DNA of 64,000 bases, from positions 76,867 to 140,866 of the forward strand of contig CBFIAK010000002.1 in the NCBI GenBank assembly GCA_965660445.1. Reading direction: 5' to 3'. Origin of the DNA: Patescibacteria group bacterium. GTDB lineage: Bacteria; Patescibacteriota; Gracilibacteria; UBA4473. The position numbers and the translations under genes were made by a program. Of the stretch, positions 41,824-50,925 are shown one piece after another. Every line of letters begins with the position of its first letter. Within the stretch, counting starts at the first letter, position 1. The notes under the pieces are model-generated. The model made no database searches. It saw only the letters and a list, made by a program, of their open reading frames with translations, and was not told the origin of the DNA.

Positions 41824-42615
41824 TTAAAAGTCAAATTTTGTTTCTTTTTTCTTGAATATAAGTACAGAATTTATAATTTCATTCTGTGGATGAATTTCAA
41901 GAACAGGAGCGAGAAAATCTTGTTTTGGAAATGGTTTGTAGAGTATCTTTCGGCTTCCCCAACTGCTTCGAGCAAGTATATGGGCATCATTTTTTGTATA
42001 CTTATGAATGCGAGATATGATATTTGTTTTTTCTTTCAGAGCACTTCCAGCAAGAGCTGCAATGTTTATAACACTATATTTTCCATAATCACTATATGCT
42101 TGAGCATCGGTATGAATGATTTTTATTTGTTCACTCATTTTTAATATATTTATAAGTGATTGAGAAAGATGTACGGCTTCTTGTTCTTTCTCGAGTATCG
42201 TTACTGTTTGTTGATATTTTTGTGCGAGTATAAGGGCTGTAAGAGGAAGTGGTCCACCCCCAACAAATAAAAAGTTATGTTTGTGATTGTGGTGACATCC
42301 TAAAAGAGAAAACCATTCTAATTGAGTGAGTTGTTGGTAATTCTGAAAATAGGGGAATCTTTGGAGGGCTTTTTTGGGGTTTTTGTTATGTATGATTTCT
42401 TGTGCCCAGTATTTCTCAAGTTCATATTCTGCTTTGCTACATGTCTTCTGAATAAAATCGATTGTGTTAGCGGATATATTTATTTCTGTTTTCTGGTTCA
42501 GTACATACTGAACCAGATCCTGAAAGATCGTATTTACATTTTGGGAAGGTTTTAGACAGTCAAGTTTTTTTAATTTTTTGTATAAATTCTGAAGGATTTG
42601 GTCTTGTGATGTCAT
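41824..42615 (-). CDS. Nicotianamine synthase family aminobutyltransferase
   Basis: LKPSQNVNTIFQDLV, AEYELEKYWA, FPYFQNYQQLTQLE, FVGGGPLPLT, IAALAG, RS..G.RKILY, EIINSV. Confidence 0.88.
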   Translation of the reverse strand: MTSQDQILQNLYKKLKKLDCLKPSQNVNTIFQDLVQYVLNQKTEINISANTIDFIQKTCSKAEYELEKYWAQEIIHNKNPKKALQRFPYFQNYQQLTQLEWFSLLGCHHNHKHNFLFVGGGPLPLTALILAQKYQQTVTILEKEQEAVHLSQSLINILKMSEQIKIIHTDAQAYSDYGKYSVINIAALAGSALKEKTNIISRIHKYTKNDAHILARSSWGSRKILYKPFPKQDFLAPVLEIHPQNEIINSVLIFKKKETKFDF

Positions 42616-42635
42616 AACTTTGTTTCTGGAAATAG

Positions 42636-42712
42636 TGGTGTGCGATACAGGATTTGAACCTGTGACCTCCTGCGAGTCAAGCAGGCGCTCTAGCCAGCTG
42701 AGCTAATCGCAC
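42636..42712 (-). tRNA. tRNA-Val(GAC)
   Basis: GTGCGATTAGCTCAGCTGGCTAGAGCG-CCTGC-TTGACTC-GCAGG-AGGTCACAGGTTCAAATCCTGTATCGCACACCA. Confidence 0.92.
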
Positions 42713-42803
42713 GTTTTTTGTGATTCTGTTTTTATTGTTTTTAATAGGAAAAGTCAAAGTATTTTCTTTGACTTTTTGGGTTTTCTTTTATAATTTCTTT
42801 GTT

Positions 42804-43343
42804 ATGAAGATATTATTCAGTCTTGCTGTGTTGTTTCCTCTTCTTGCTGTTGCAAGTGGTGCAACATTTTCGCCTCCACGAGAGTCGGGGATAGAGACGA
42901 TTACACAAGAAACACATTTGCCTTTACCAACACCTCAAACTCCACACTACATCGTTCAAGAAGGAGATCGTTTGCCGGATATTATTCAAGAACTTGGTTA
43001 TCCTCCTCATGAATCATTGCAATCAGTAGATGTTGAAGTGCAAGAAGGGGATATTGTTTGGTTTGATAGTAACGAAAACTTAAGAATTACAGATGACAGA
43101 ACGCCTTTTCTGGAAAATAAAGAAGGGTTTGAATATGATGCTTCAAATCGTTCCATTGATCGGTCTTCAGATGTGCGATCAGAAGAACGAAGCCTTTCGC
43201 CTCATTCATCACAATCATTGCCTTCTTTGCAAAATGGTGTTGTGTATGAAGATCCATTTCCTTGGTGGATTATAGTGATTTTTGTACTGATTATGGGTGG
43301 GATTTTAGGTGGAATATTGTCTCGTAAAAAAGAAAAAAATTGA
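42804..43343 (+). CDS. Secreted LysM-like protein with C-terminal TM anchor
   Basis: Signal peptide; HYIVQEGDRLPDII; C-terminal TM + RKKEK. Confidence 0.6.
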   Translation: MKILFSLAVLFPLLAVASGATFSPPRESGIETITQETHLPLPTPQTPHYIVQEGDRLPDIIQELGYPPHESLQSVDVEVQEGDIVWFDSNENLRITDDRTPFLENKEGFEYDASNRSIDRSSDVRSEERSLSPHSSQSLPSLQNGVVYEDPFPWWIIVIFVLIMGGILGGILSRKKEKN

Positions 43344-43364
43344 GTATCAAAGACGAAAAAAAGC

Positions 43365-43392
43365 TTGACGATACCTAAAAAAAACGTACACT
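43365..43392 (+). promoter_or_regulatory. rpsO-pnp promoter
   Basis: TTGACG-N16-TACACT. Confidence 0.6.
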
Positions 43393-43425
43393 CTCACTGA
43401 ATTTTTATTTTTATATAGCACAGAC

Positions 43426-43689
43426 ATGCAAAAAACAGTTAAAAAAGATACGATTAAAAAATTTCAAACACATGCAAAAGATACTGGGTCAGCTCAGGTT
43501 CAAGTTGCAGTTTTGACTCAGAAAATTAAAGATTTAACAGAACATCTTCAAACTCATAAAAAAGACGTCCATTCTCGACGTGGACTTATTGGTATGGTTG
43601 GAAAACGACGAAAATTACTTCGTTATTTGAAGATGAATGATGCGGCTGAATATATGAAAGTCGTTCAAACACTTAATATCCGTCACTAA
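43426..43689 (+). CDS. rpsO: 30S ribosomal protein S15
   Basis: [13 protein letters not shown]...[11 protein letters not shown]. Confidence 0.98.
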   Translation: MQKTVKKDTIKKFQTHAKDTGSAQVQVAVLTQKIKDLTEHLQTHKKDVHSRRGLIGMVGKRRKLLRYLKMNDAAEYMKVVQTLNIRH

Positions 43690-43701
43690 ACAGTATGTAT
43701 G

Positions 43702-43769
43702 AAGTATTGGGAGTAAGATTCGGTGTTTTTCTCTCACAGAAAAATCCCTTTATTTTACTCTGAGTACTT
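43702..43769 (+). promoter_or_regulatory. Long stem-loop in the pnp leader (candidate RNase III site)
   Basis: AAGTATTGGGAGTAAGAT pairs with ATTTTACTCTGAGTACTT (18 bp with G-U pairs, one mismatch). Confidence 0.55.
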
Positions 43770-43823
43770 TTTATCTGTTTAGAGTCGGGATACATTCATG
43801 TATTTCCTAACTCTTTATTACTC

Positions 43824-45932
43824 ATGAATACGGTTCACACAGTTTCTGCATCACTCGCAGATATTTCTTTGTCTCTTGAAACGGGACGATTAGCCTTGCA
43901 AGCGCAAGGTTCAGTTGTTTTAACGTACGGAGACACTATTATTTTGGCGGTTGCGGGTATGACCCCAACGGCAAAAGAAGGTATCGATTTTTTTCCACTC
44001 ATGGTTGATTTTGAACCAAAATATTATGCCACAGGAAAAATGAAATCTTCTCGGTTTATGAAACGAGAAACTCGACCACCTGAATCAGCTATTTTAACAG
44101 CTCGTATGATTGATCGTCCGTTGCGCCCTTTGTTTCCAAAAAATATGCGTAATGATGTACAAATTATGTGTACAATGTTGCAGGGTGATGGAATTCATTC
44201 GGCAAGTGCCAGTGCTATTACGGCTTCTTCTGTAGCGTGTTTATTGGCAGGGCTTCCGATAGAAGATGCTGTTGGAGCTGTTCGCGTTGGGATGCGTGAG
44301 GATGGAAGTTTTTATTTGAATCCTACGTTTGAAGAAGCTGAAAACGGAAAACTTGATTTACTCGTCGCTGGAACAACAGATGCAATTATGATGGTAGAAG
44401 CTGGTGCAGATTTAGTATCAAATGATGTTATTCTTTCGGCGTTGCAGTTTGCGCATGAATATATTCAACAAATTTGTGATTTACAGAAACAGTTAGTCGC
44501 AAAAATAAATCCTGTTCAACAAGAACCAACACTTATTGAACCAAATCCAATTGCCGAAAAAATGGTGGAAAGTGTTCTTTCAGATGTTGATTTTGATTCT
44601 ATAGAAGGGGCTCTTAAAAAAGATATAAAAGCGCACACCGATAGATTACAAGAAAAACTTCTTGAATCTTGCGCTCAAGCTCTTGAAAACGAAGAAATCA
44701 AAAAATCAGATCTCCTGTACTTTTTTGATAAAAAGTTTGGAGCATCATTAAAACGACGTATGTTTACTCAAAAAAAGAGAATTGATAATCGAGGAGTACA
44801 AGAAATTCGACCTTTGCATTGTGAAGTAGGTCTTTTCCCTCGAGTACATGGATCGGCATTATTTCAACGAGGGGAAACACAGTCGTTATCTCTTGCAACA
44901 ATTGGAACATCTCGAGATGCACTTATATCAGATGATCCAGATCGTAATGAAACAGAAAAATATTATATGCATCATTATAATTTCCCTCCTTATTCAGTAG
45001 GTGAAGTTCGGCCAGTTCGTGGGGTGGGGCGTCGTGAGCTCGGACATGGAGCTCTCGCTGAACGAGCTTTACGATATGTAATGCCTACGCGAGCAGAAAA
45101 TTTTCCATATGCAGTCCGTGTTGTTTCTGAAATAACAACCTGTAATGGGTCGTCATCTATGGCATCAGTGTGTGGATCAAGTCTAACACTTATGGATGCA
45201 GGAGTGCCTATTAAAAGCCCTATTGCGGGTATTGCTATGGGGCTCATGATGAACGAAGAAACAGGAGCGTATACGATTTTGAGTGATATTATGTCGTTTG
45301 AGGATTTTTGCGGTGATATGGATTTTAAAGTGACGGGAAATGACCAAGGAATAACAGCATTACAACTTGATATTAAACTCAAAGGGCTTGATATAGCGCT
45401 CCTCAAAGAAGCACTTGATCAAGCACAAGAAGGACGAAGAATTATCTTAGAAGCTATGAATAAGGCGTTGTCTGCACCTCGTCCGGAAATGAATCAGTAT
45501 GCTCCACGTATTGAAAGTTTTTATGTGAATCCTGATTTTATTGGACTTATTATCGGGAAAGGCGGAGAAACAATACAACAGATGTGTAAAACGTTTAATG
45601 TGACTATTGATATAGAAGATGATGGGCTTATTATGATTGCATCAACTGATCAAGAAAACGGAAAAAAAGCAAAAGCCGCTATTGATGCTTTAGTGTATGA
45701 ACCTCAAGTAGGAGATGTGTTCGAAGGAAAGGTAAAGTCACTTATGGATTTTGGAATCTTCGTTGAATATATGCCGGGAAAAGAAGCATTGGTTCATATT
45801 TCAGAAATGGATAATAAACGAGTAAATCATCCATCAGATATGGTAAAAGAAGGGGATATGGTAATGGTGAAAATACTTGGAACCGATAAAATGCATCGAA
45901 CAAAGTTGTCAATGAAAGATATTCAGAAATAA
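43824..45932 (+). CDS. pnp: Polyribonucleotide nucleotidyltransferase
   Basis: DFFPL, ARMIDRPLRPLFP, HGSALFQRGETQ, NGSSSMASVC, GDMDFKV; KH and S1 domains. Confidence 0.98.
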   Translation: MNTVHTVSASLADISLSLETGRLALQAQGSVVLTYGDTIILAVAGMTPTAKEGIDFFPLMVDFEPKYYATGKMKSSRFMKRETRPPESAILTARMIDRPLRPLFPKNMRNDVQIMCTMLQGDGIHSASASAITASSVACLLAGLPIEDAVGAVRVGMREDGSFYLNPTFEEAENGKLDLLVAGTTDAIMMVEAGADLVSNDVILSALQFAHEYIQQICDLQKQLVAKINPVQQEPTLIEPNPIAEKMVESVLSDVDFDSIEGALKKDIKAHTDRLQEKLLESCAQALENEEIKKSDLLYFFDKKFGASLKRRMFTQKKRIDNRGVQEIRPLHCEVGLFPRVHGSALFQRGETQSLSLATIGTSRDALISDDPDRNETEKYYMHHYNFPPYSVGEVRPVRGVGRRELGHGALAERALRYVMPTRAENFPYAVRVVSEITTCNGSSSMASVCGSSLTLMDAGVPIKSPIAGIAMGLMMNEETGAYTILSDIMSFEDFCGDMDFKVTGNDQGITALQLDIKLKGLDIALLKEALDQAQEGRRIILEAMNKALSAPRPEMNQYAPRIESFYVNPDFIGLIIGKGGETIQQMCKTFNVTIDIEDDGLIMIASTDQENGKKAKAAIDALVYEPQVGDVFEGKVKSLMDFGIFVEYMPGKEALVHISEMDNKRVNHPSDMVKEGDMVMVKILGTDKMHRTKLSMKDIQK

Positions 45933-45960
45933 AAAAATAGTGTGTTTTGAATTGAAATTT

Positions 45961-45991
45961 AAAAAAATCCCGATTTATCGGGATTTTTTTT
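45961..45991. terminator. Bidirectional intrinsic terminator
   Basis: AAAAAAATCCCGAT TT ATCGGGATTTTTTT between convergent genes. Confidence 0.85.
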
Positions 45992-46001
45992 GAGATCAGT
46001 G

Positions 46002-47870
46002 TTATTTTTCTTGAAGGAAGAGTATGCCTTGTATGTGCTCAATATCATATCGAGGTTTTTGAGGTTCTTTCTTAAGGTTTATATTCTGCAAAACAAATGT
46101 AACAACAAGTGTTTCGTTTTCTGTTTGGAAAATGGGGTTTTGAATTGTTTGTGTTTGATGCCTTTTTTCAGATTCAAAGTCTATTATCTGAGTACTCAAG
46201 AATTCATTGATTGAAAACTCGAATACTTCATTTTGACTCGTTTGTACGATAATTGCTTGTTTGAGTATATCAAACGCAATAGTATAACGAGTGCCGTTGT
46301 GTTCAATAGATCGTTTTTCTGCTTCTTGGTATGTATATGATTCAAGTGGAGTTATAAGGACGGTATCGTTGAGAAACTGAATAGCTGGAATGCCAGATTC
46401 GTTTATCCGATACGTTTGGTAATAAGGTTCATCTGGGTTTCTTTTGTCCCATATTTGAACAAATGAAACGCCTATGTATTCCATTATCTCCTGAGGAATA
46501 TTGTATCTATTGAGATGAGTTTTTCCAAACTCGTCTTCTGTTTGGGCTATTGTCCCTATATCAATACGAAACCACGACTCAATACTTTCGAGTGAATGAT
46601 ATTGATGTAGATACGTGAGAATATTGTATATTTCTAATCCGTGTTCTTCTTTTTCAAGTGTTCGTATTGTCTCTGATGGTATTATTGTGTTATCAATTAA
46701 TATTTCTTCATATTCTAAAATACTCTTTAATCGTCCGGTTTGACTCATTTGAGAAACAGAAAATATGCCCCATGGTCCAAAAGATGCGAAAAATAATAAG
46801 GTAACAAAAGACATCAGAAACGAAATCAGTTGTGGTTTTCGGGCTATTGTATACCACACACTCATACTTAAAAGCCATAAACCAAGTACAACAACCATAT
46901 ACCGATTTTCAGTAACTCCGTATTGTTGAATCCGTAATAGGATTGATACGAGTAAAATAATACTTTGAGGAATGAGAAATAAGTAGAATCCAGAAACTCC
47001 TTTTTGAAGTATAGATGATTTCTCTATCGATGGCGTCATAATGTAATGAGTAATGATTCCGACAGATGCAAACCAAAGAATGAGATACCCCACAACTCCT
47101 TCTGGCCAAATACCAGTTATTCCTATTTTTCCAGTATAGGCCAATAAGATACAGGCATAAGCAATGAGGAGGGGACTCAGAATATATTGAGTGAGTATAG
47201 CCAGTGCTTTTGGATACTTACTGTCGTCTTTAATATCTGTTTTGGGAATATGAGACAAAAAGAAAAATGGGGCAATAATACCCATACCAATGATCCAAAT
47301 TTCTGCGTATCGATCATTCCCTAAATCAAGACTAAAGAGCGCTTTAAGTGACCACACAATAGCTGATATTCCTGCACAAAGAATAACACTAAACACAACA
47401 GCTTGAACTATTGCTTGAAAGAGATATTTTACATAATGCCAGAAAGGGAGTGGTTTTTCAGAGTCTTTCAGAAATGGAATACACGGAATCATCAGCAAGA
47501 ACCCCGCCCCCCACATAAATGATTGAATGACAATTTTGTTTTCAAACTCTTCTAAACTGTTTGGCAAAAGAAGCATGTATCCAAATAACAATAATGCTCC
47601 TATCGCAAGAGCGATATATCCTTTTTGATGTGGTAATTCATAGCGTTCTCGAATAATCTGTATTGATATAAAAAGAGGAAACCCGAGAATAAGCGTTAAT
47701 AAAATCCTATAGAGTGATTCATCAGTGATTTCATGAAATGCAAGTAACCCGATAAGACTGGCATGAATACTAAAGAGCGCGGGAATTGGAAACCGAATAA
47801 AAACGAAATGAATCGCATTTCGGATGTCGTTGCCTATTTTTTGAAACGTAGACTGTAGTTTTGTAAGCAT
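46002..47870 (-). CDS. DUF4153-like multi-pass membrane protein
   Basis: RFP N-terminus, YIL.PL..Y..IL..Y, RIQQYGVTENRY, FGPWGIFSVSQMSQ..RL. Confidence 0.75.
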   Translation of the reverse strand: MLTKLQSTFQKIGNDIRNAIHFVFIRFPIPALFSIHASLIGLLAFHEITDESLYRILLTLILGFPLFISIQIIRERYELPHQKGYIALAIGALLLFGYMLLLPNSLEEFENKIVIQSFMWGAGFLLMIPCIPFLKDSEKPLPFWHYVKYLFQAIVQAVVFSVILCAGISAIVWSLKALFSLDLGNDRYAEIWIIGMGIIAPFFFLSHIPKTDIKDDSKYPKALAILTQYILSPLLIAYACILLAYTGKIGITGIWPEGVVGYLILWFASVGIITHYIMTPSIEKSSILQKGVSGFYLFLIPQSIILLVSILLRIQQYGVTENRYMVVVLGLWLLSMSVWYTIARKPQLISFLMSFVTLLFFASFGPWGIFSVSQMSQTGRLKSILEYEEILIDNTIIPSETIRTLEKEEHGLEIYNILTYLHQYHSLESIESWFRIDIGTIAQTEDEFGKTHLNRYNIPQEIMEYIGVSFVQIWDKRNPDEPYYQTYRINESGIPAIQFLNDTVLITPLESYTYQEAEKRSIEHNGTRYTIAFDILKQAIIVQTSQNEVFEFSINEFLSTQIIDFESEKRHQTQTIQNPIFQTENETLVVTFVLQNINLKKEPQKPRYDIEHIQGILFLQEK

Positions 47871-47966
47871 TGTGTATGTTTTTTATATATGACAAGTATA
47901 CGACTTTCTCTAAAAAAGTAATATTTTTATTGAAAAAACGAAAAAAAAGAGTATAATTCATCGAAT

Positions 47967-49727
47967 ATGATTTCTCTTGCATTAGCGGTTTCGGGTTGGC
48001 TTGGGAGTGTTGGGCTACAGGTTCCTCTGGATAGAAGCCCTTCTGTTCTTTATTCCCAAAAAAGAATAGAATCAACGTATGAAACATTATCTCCTTTAGA
48101 TTCAGCACTTTATTCTCTTGATTTTTTATCGGCATTACCAAAAACGTTCCTTGAACTGTCTCATGCAAAACCAAATCAAACACCTTCTTCAAGCAGTATT
48201 TTAGGACGACTCTTGAATTCATCAAATGCTCTTGAATTACAACCAAAACCACAAAAAAAAGATACATCGAAATCAGTTCTTCCATCATCAGTCATGAAAC
48301 CAGTTCTGAAACCAGAAATAAATGTGATTCTGGAAGATAAAAGTATTATTTCACATACTCACACCAATATTATACAACTGAATAATACCTATTCAAAAGA
48401 TAAATACGGTGTGTATTTTGAAAATCAGAATGTTGAAAATGCAGGAATATATTCATTTGAAGTTCTCAATGATTTTTATGGAAAAGATGTTCACTACGTA
48501 TACTACAAAACAAAACCCTTAAAAAATGCCGATAAAGATTCTTTTCAAATAACACCATTGTCTCATCTAGCACTGGATAAGAATAATGTTTATTATCGCG
48601 GAGAAATACAACATGCTATTGACAGAAACAATTTTTCTTTTGTCGACTCTATTCAAGCACAAGATCAAAGGTTTCTCTATTATGAGGAAGCAGAAACACT
48701 TCGAAAAATTCCAAAGTTTGGATATCCTCTTCCGACTCCAGAAACTGTCAAAGGAATTTATATTCATGCGTACAACTTTGTCTCGCCTGTGCAACGTCAA
48801 AAATACCTACAGTTTTTTGATAGTACAGTCTTAAATACAGCCGTTATTGATATAAAAGATGCAGAAGGAAAATTATTATTTCCTCCTACAAAATCAGTTT
48901 TATCAGCTTGGCCAATTAGCAAGAGTTCGCTTTCGCGTTCTGCTTTTCAAGAAGCACTTGAAATTTTTCAATCAAAAAATGTTTATACTATTGCTCGAAT
49001 CACAACCTTTCAAGAACCATCCGCCGTTTCTGCGTATCCTCATTTAGGAATCAAAGATAAAAATGGACAACAATGGAAGAATTTTCATGGAATTGATTGG
49101 TTTGATCCAACAAAAAAGGAGGTTTGGAATCTGGTCGTAGCACAAGCAAAAGAAGCTTTTGATCTTGGGTTTGATGAAGTTCAGTTTGATTATATTCGGT
49201 TTCCTTCTGATGGATATATTTCTCGTATAGATAAATCTCCATTACAAGGACGAAAACGGTTTGAAGTGTTGCAAGAATTTTTTCAGTATATCGATGAAAA
49301 TCTTAATGAGTACCCACAACCAATTTCTCTCGATCTTTTTGGACTTACCTATCGGCAATACGAAGATGAATCATATGATTTAGGAATAGGACAACGTTTG
49401 GTCGATACCCTTCCTTATTTTGATTATCTATCACCTATGATTTATCCATCACACTATGGAGAAGGTCATTTTGGAATCCCAAGCCCTATAAATAGCCCTT
49501 ATTTGCTTTTAAAAGAATCACTTCATGATGGTCATTCTATTATAGAGAATGCTGGTTATGATGTTTCGAAATCTCGACCATGGATTCAAGATTTTACACT
49601 GCATGGAGTGAAATATAACGCTCAAGAAGTAACCGATCAAATACAAGCAGTACAAGAAACAAATGCGTCAGGGTTTTTGCTCTGGAATGCACGAAATGTC
49701 TATACAACACAAAGTTTACTTGAATAA
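47967..49727 (+). CDS. DKNYY-repeat plus putative glycoside hydrolase (DUF4015-like) protein
   Basis: Repeats SKDKYGVYF/GKDVHYVYY/ALDKNNVYY; VKGIY, NTAVIDIKD, GFDEVQFDYIRFP, SPMIYPSHY, RPWIQDF, LWNARNVY. Confidence 0.82.
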   Translation: MISLALAVSGWLGSVGLQVPLDRSPSVLYSQKRIESTYETLSPLDSALYSLDFLSALPKTFLELSHAKPNQTPSSSSILGRLLNSSNALELQPKPQKKDTSKSVLPSSVMKPVLKPEINVILEDKSIISHTHTNIIQLNNTYSKDKYGVYFENQNVENAGIYSFEVLNDFYGKDVHYVYYKTKPLKNADKDSFQITPLSHLALDKNNVYYRGEIQHAIDRNNFSFVDSIQAQDQRFLYYEEAETLRKIPKFGYPLPTPETVKGIYIHAYNFVSPVQRQKYLQFFDSTVLNTAVIDIKDAEGKLLFPPTKSVLSAWPISKSSLSRSAFQEALEIFQSKNVYTIARITTFQEPSAVSAYPHLGIKDKNGQQWKNFHGIDWFDPTKKEVWNLVVAQAKEAFDLGFDEVQFDYIRFPSDGYISRIDKSPLQGRKRFEVLQEFFQYIDENLNEYPQPISLDLFGLTYRQYEDESYDLGIGQRLVDTLPYFDYLSPMIYPSHYGEGHFGIPSPINSPYLLLKESLHDGHSIIENAGYDVSKSRPWIQDFTLHGVKYNAQEVTDQIQAVQETNASGFLLWNARNVYTTQSLLE

Positions 49728-49774
49728 TTTGAGATTTTAGACTAGCTTTATCACGTATTGTTCATATTCTATTT

Positions 49775-50503
49775 ATGACTCGTTTTCTTTTTCCTGTTGA
49801 GGTATGGATATCGTATATTGCGCGTTCTTTCCTTTTTGGAGGTGCAATATATGCTTTTTTTGATGCCAATTATTTACTGGCAATTTTTATTTTGTTTTCT
49901 CTCTGTATTACCTTTTTTCCTGCGTATTTAGAACACAATTATCGAATAGTGCTTCCCGCTTTATTAGAAGTAACATTTGTATTATTTGTTTTTGCCGCTT
50001 TGTTTTTGGGTGAGTTGAACAATTTTTATGATCGATTTTGGTGGTGGGATATGTTTCTTCACGGACTTTTTGGAATTATATTTGGGTTACTTGGATTTAT
50101 CGCTCTTTTTACATTGTTCGATCAAGATCGAATTCGCACTTCTGCTTTTTGGGTGTGTTTTTTATCGTTTTGTATGGCGTTATCTCTCGGAGCATTATGG
50201 GAAATAGGTGAGTTTTTTTCTGATATAGTGTTTGGAACAAATCTTCAAAAGGGAATTACCAATACTATGATCGATTTAATTCTTGATACATTAGGGGCAT
50301 TGTGGGTATCTGTTTTTGGATATCTTTATATTCAACATAATCATCAGAATATAGTGAAGAGCATTATTCATGCTTTTCAATATAAAAACCCTCATTTTTT
50401 TAATAATCTCAAAGATAAGGTTTTAGAATCAAATACCCTTGCTCATATTCAAGAAAAAAAAGATCATATGAAACATATTATCAACGAAAAACTAAAACGA
50501 TAA
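49775..50503 (+). CDS. Conserved membrane protein (DUF2238-like)
   Basis: FYDRFWWWDMFLHG, GALWEIGEF, TMIDLILDTLGA. Confidence 0.7.
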   Translation: MTRFLFPVEVWISYIARSFLFGGAIYAFFDANYLLAIFILFSLCITFFPAYLEHNYRIVLPALLEVTFVLFVFAALFLGELNNFYDRFWWWDMFLHGLFGIIFGLLGFIALFTLFDQDRIRTSAFWVCFLSFCMALSLGALWEIGEFFSDIVFGTNLQKGITNTMIDLILDTLGALWVSVFGYLYIQHNHQNIVKSIIHAFQYKNPHFFNNLKDKVLESNTLAHIQEKKDHMKHIINEKLKR

Positions 50504-50511
50504 GAGAGGAA

Positions 50512-50852
50512 AAAAAATTCGTATACACTCATTCTTTGGGGCCCCCAAAAAAGGTATCAGTTTTTGTTTTTCTGTGTTTATAATCGAAGAAATTCTTGTT
50601 ATTTTTGTTTTCGAAGGCGTCGGGTGAGAATTGGTATACACGCTGTCGTCGTCAATGACTGCATTGAAATAGTTTTTAAAGTATAAAAACTTATTTCTTA
50701 TTACGTCATTTCCTCCTCTCCCCAAAAAATTCGTATACACTCATTCTTTGGGGGCCCCAAAAAAGACTAGCGTTTTTTTTTTCTGTGTTTATAATCGAAG
50801 AAATTCTTGTTATTTTTGTTTTCGCGCGAGTGGTGAAATTGGTATACACGCT
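50512..50852 (+). repeat. Tandem ~130-bp duplication of the tRNA-Leu upstream region and its 5' end
   Basis: 50512-50644 vs 50724-50852 share ...ATTCGTATACACTCATTCTTTGGGG...CTGTGTTTATAATCGAAGAAATTCTTGTTATTTTTGTTTTCG...AATTGGTATACACGCT. Confidence 0.9.
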
Positions 50853-50908
50853 AGTCTTAGGAACTAGTGCCGTAAGGTGTGTGGGTTCGAGTCCCACCTC
50901 GCGCACCA
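50824..50908 (+). tRNA. tRNA-Leu(UAG)
   Basis: GCGCGAGTGGTGAAATTGGTATACACG-CTAGT-CTTAGGA-ACTAG; long variable arm; GGTTCGAGTCC; CCA. Confidence 0.96.
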
Positions 50909-50925
50909 TCGTATCGTCAGATATG

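Noticed and set aside
50851-50867. tRNA with 'TAG' anticodon as a stop suppressor
   Set aside because: Anticodon UAG reads CUA/CUG Leu codons; it is an ordinary tRNA-Leu.
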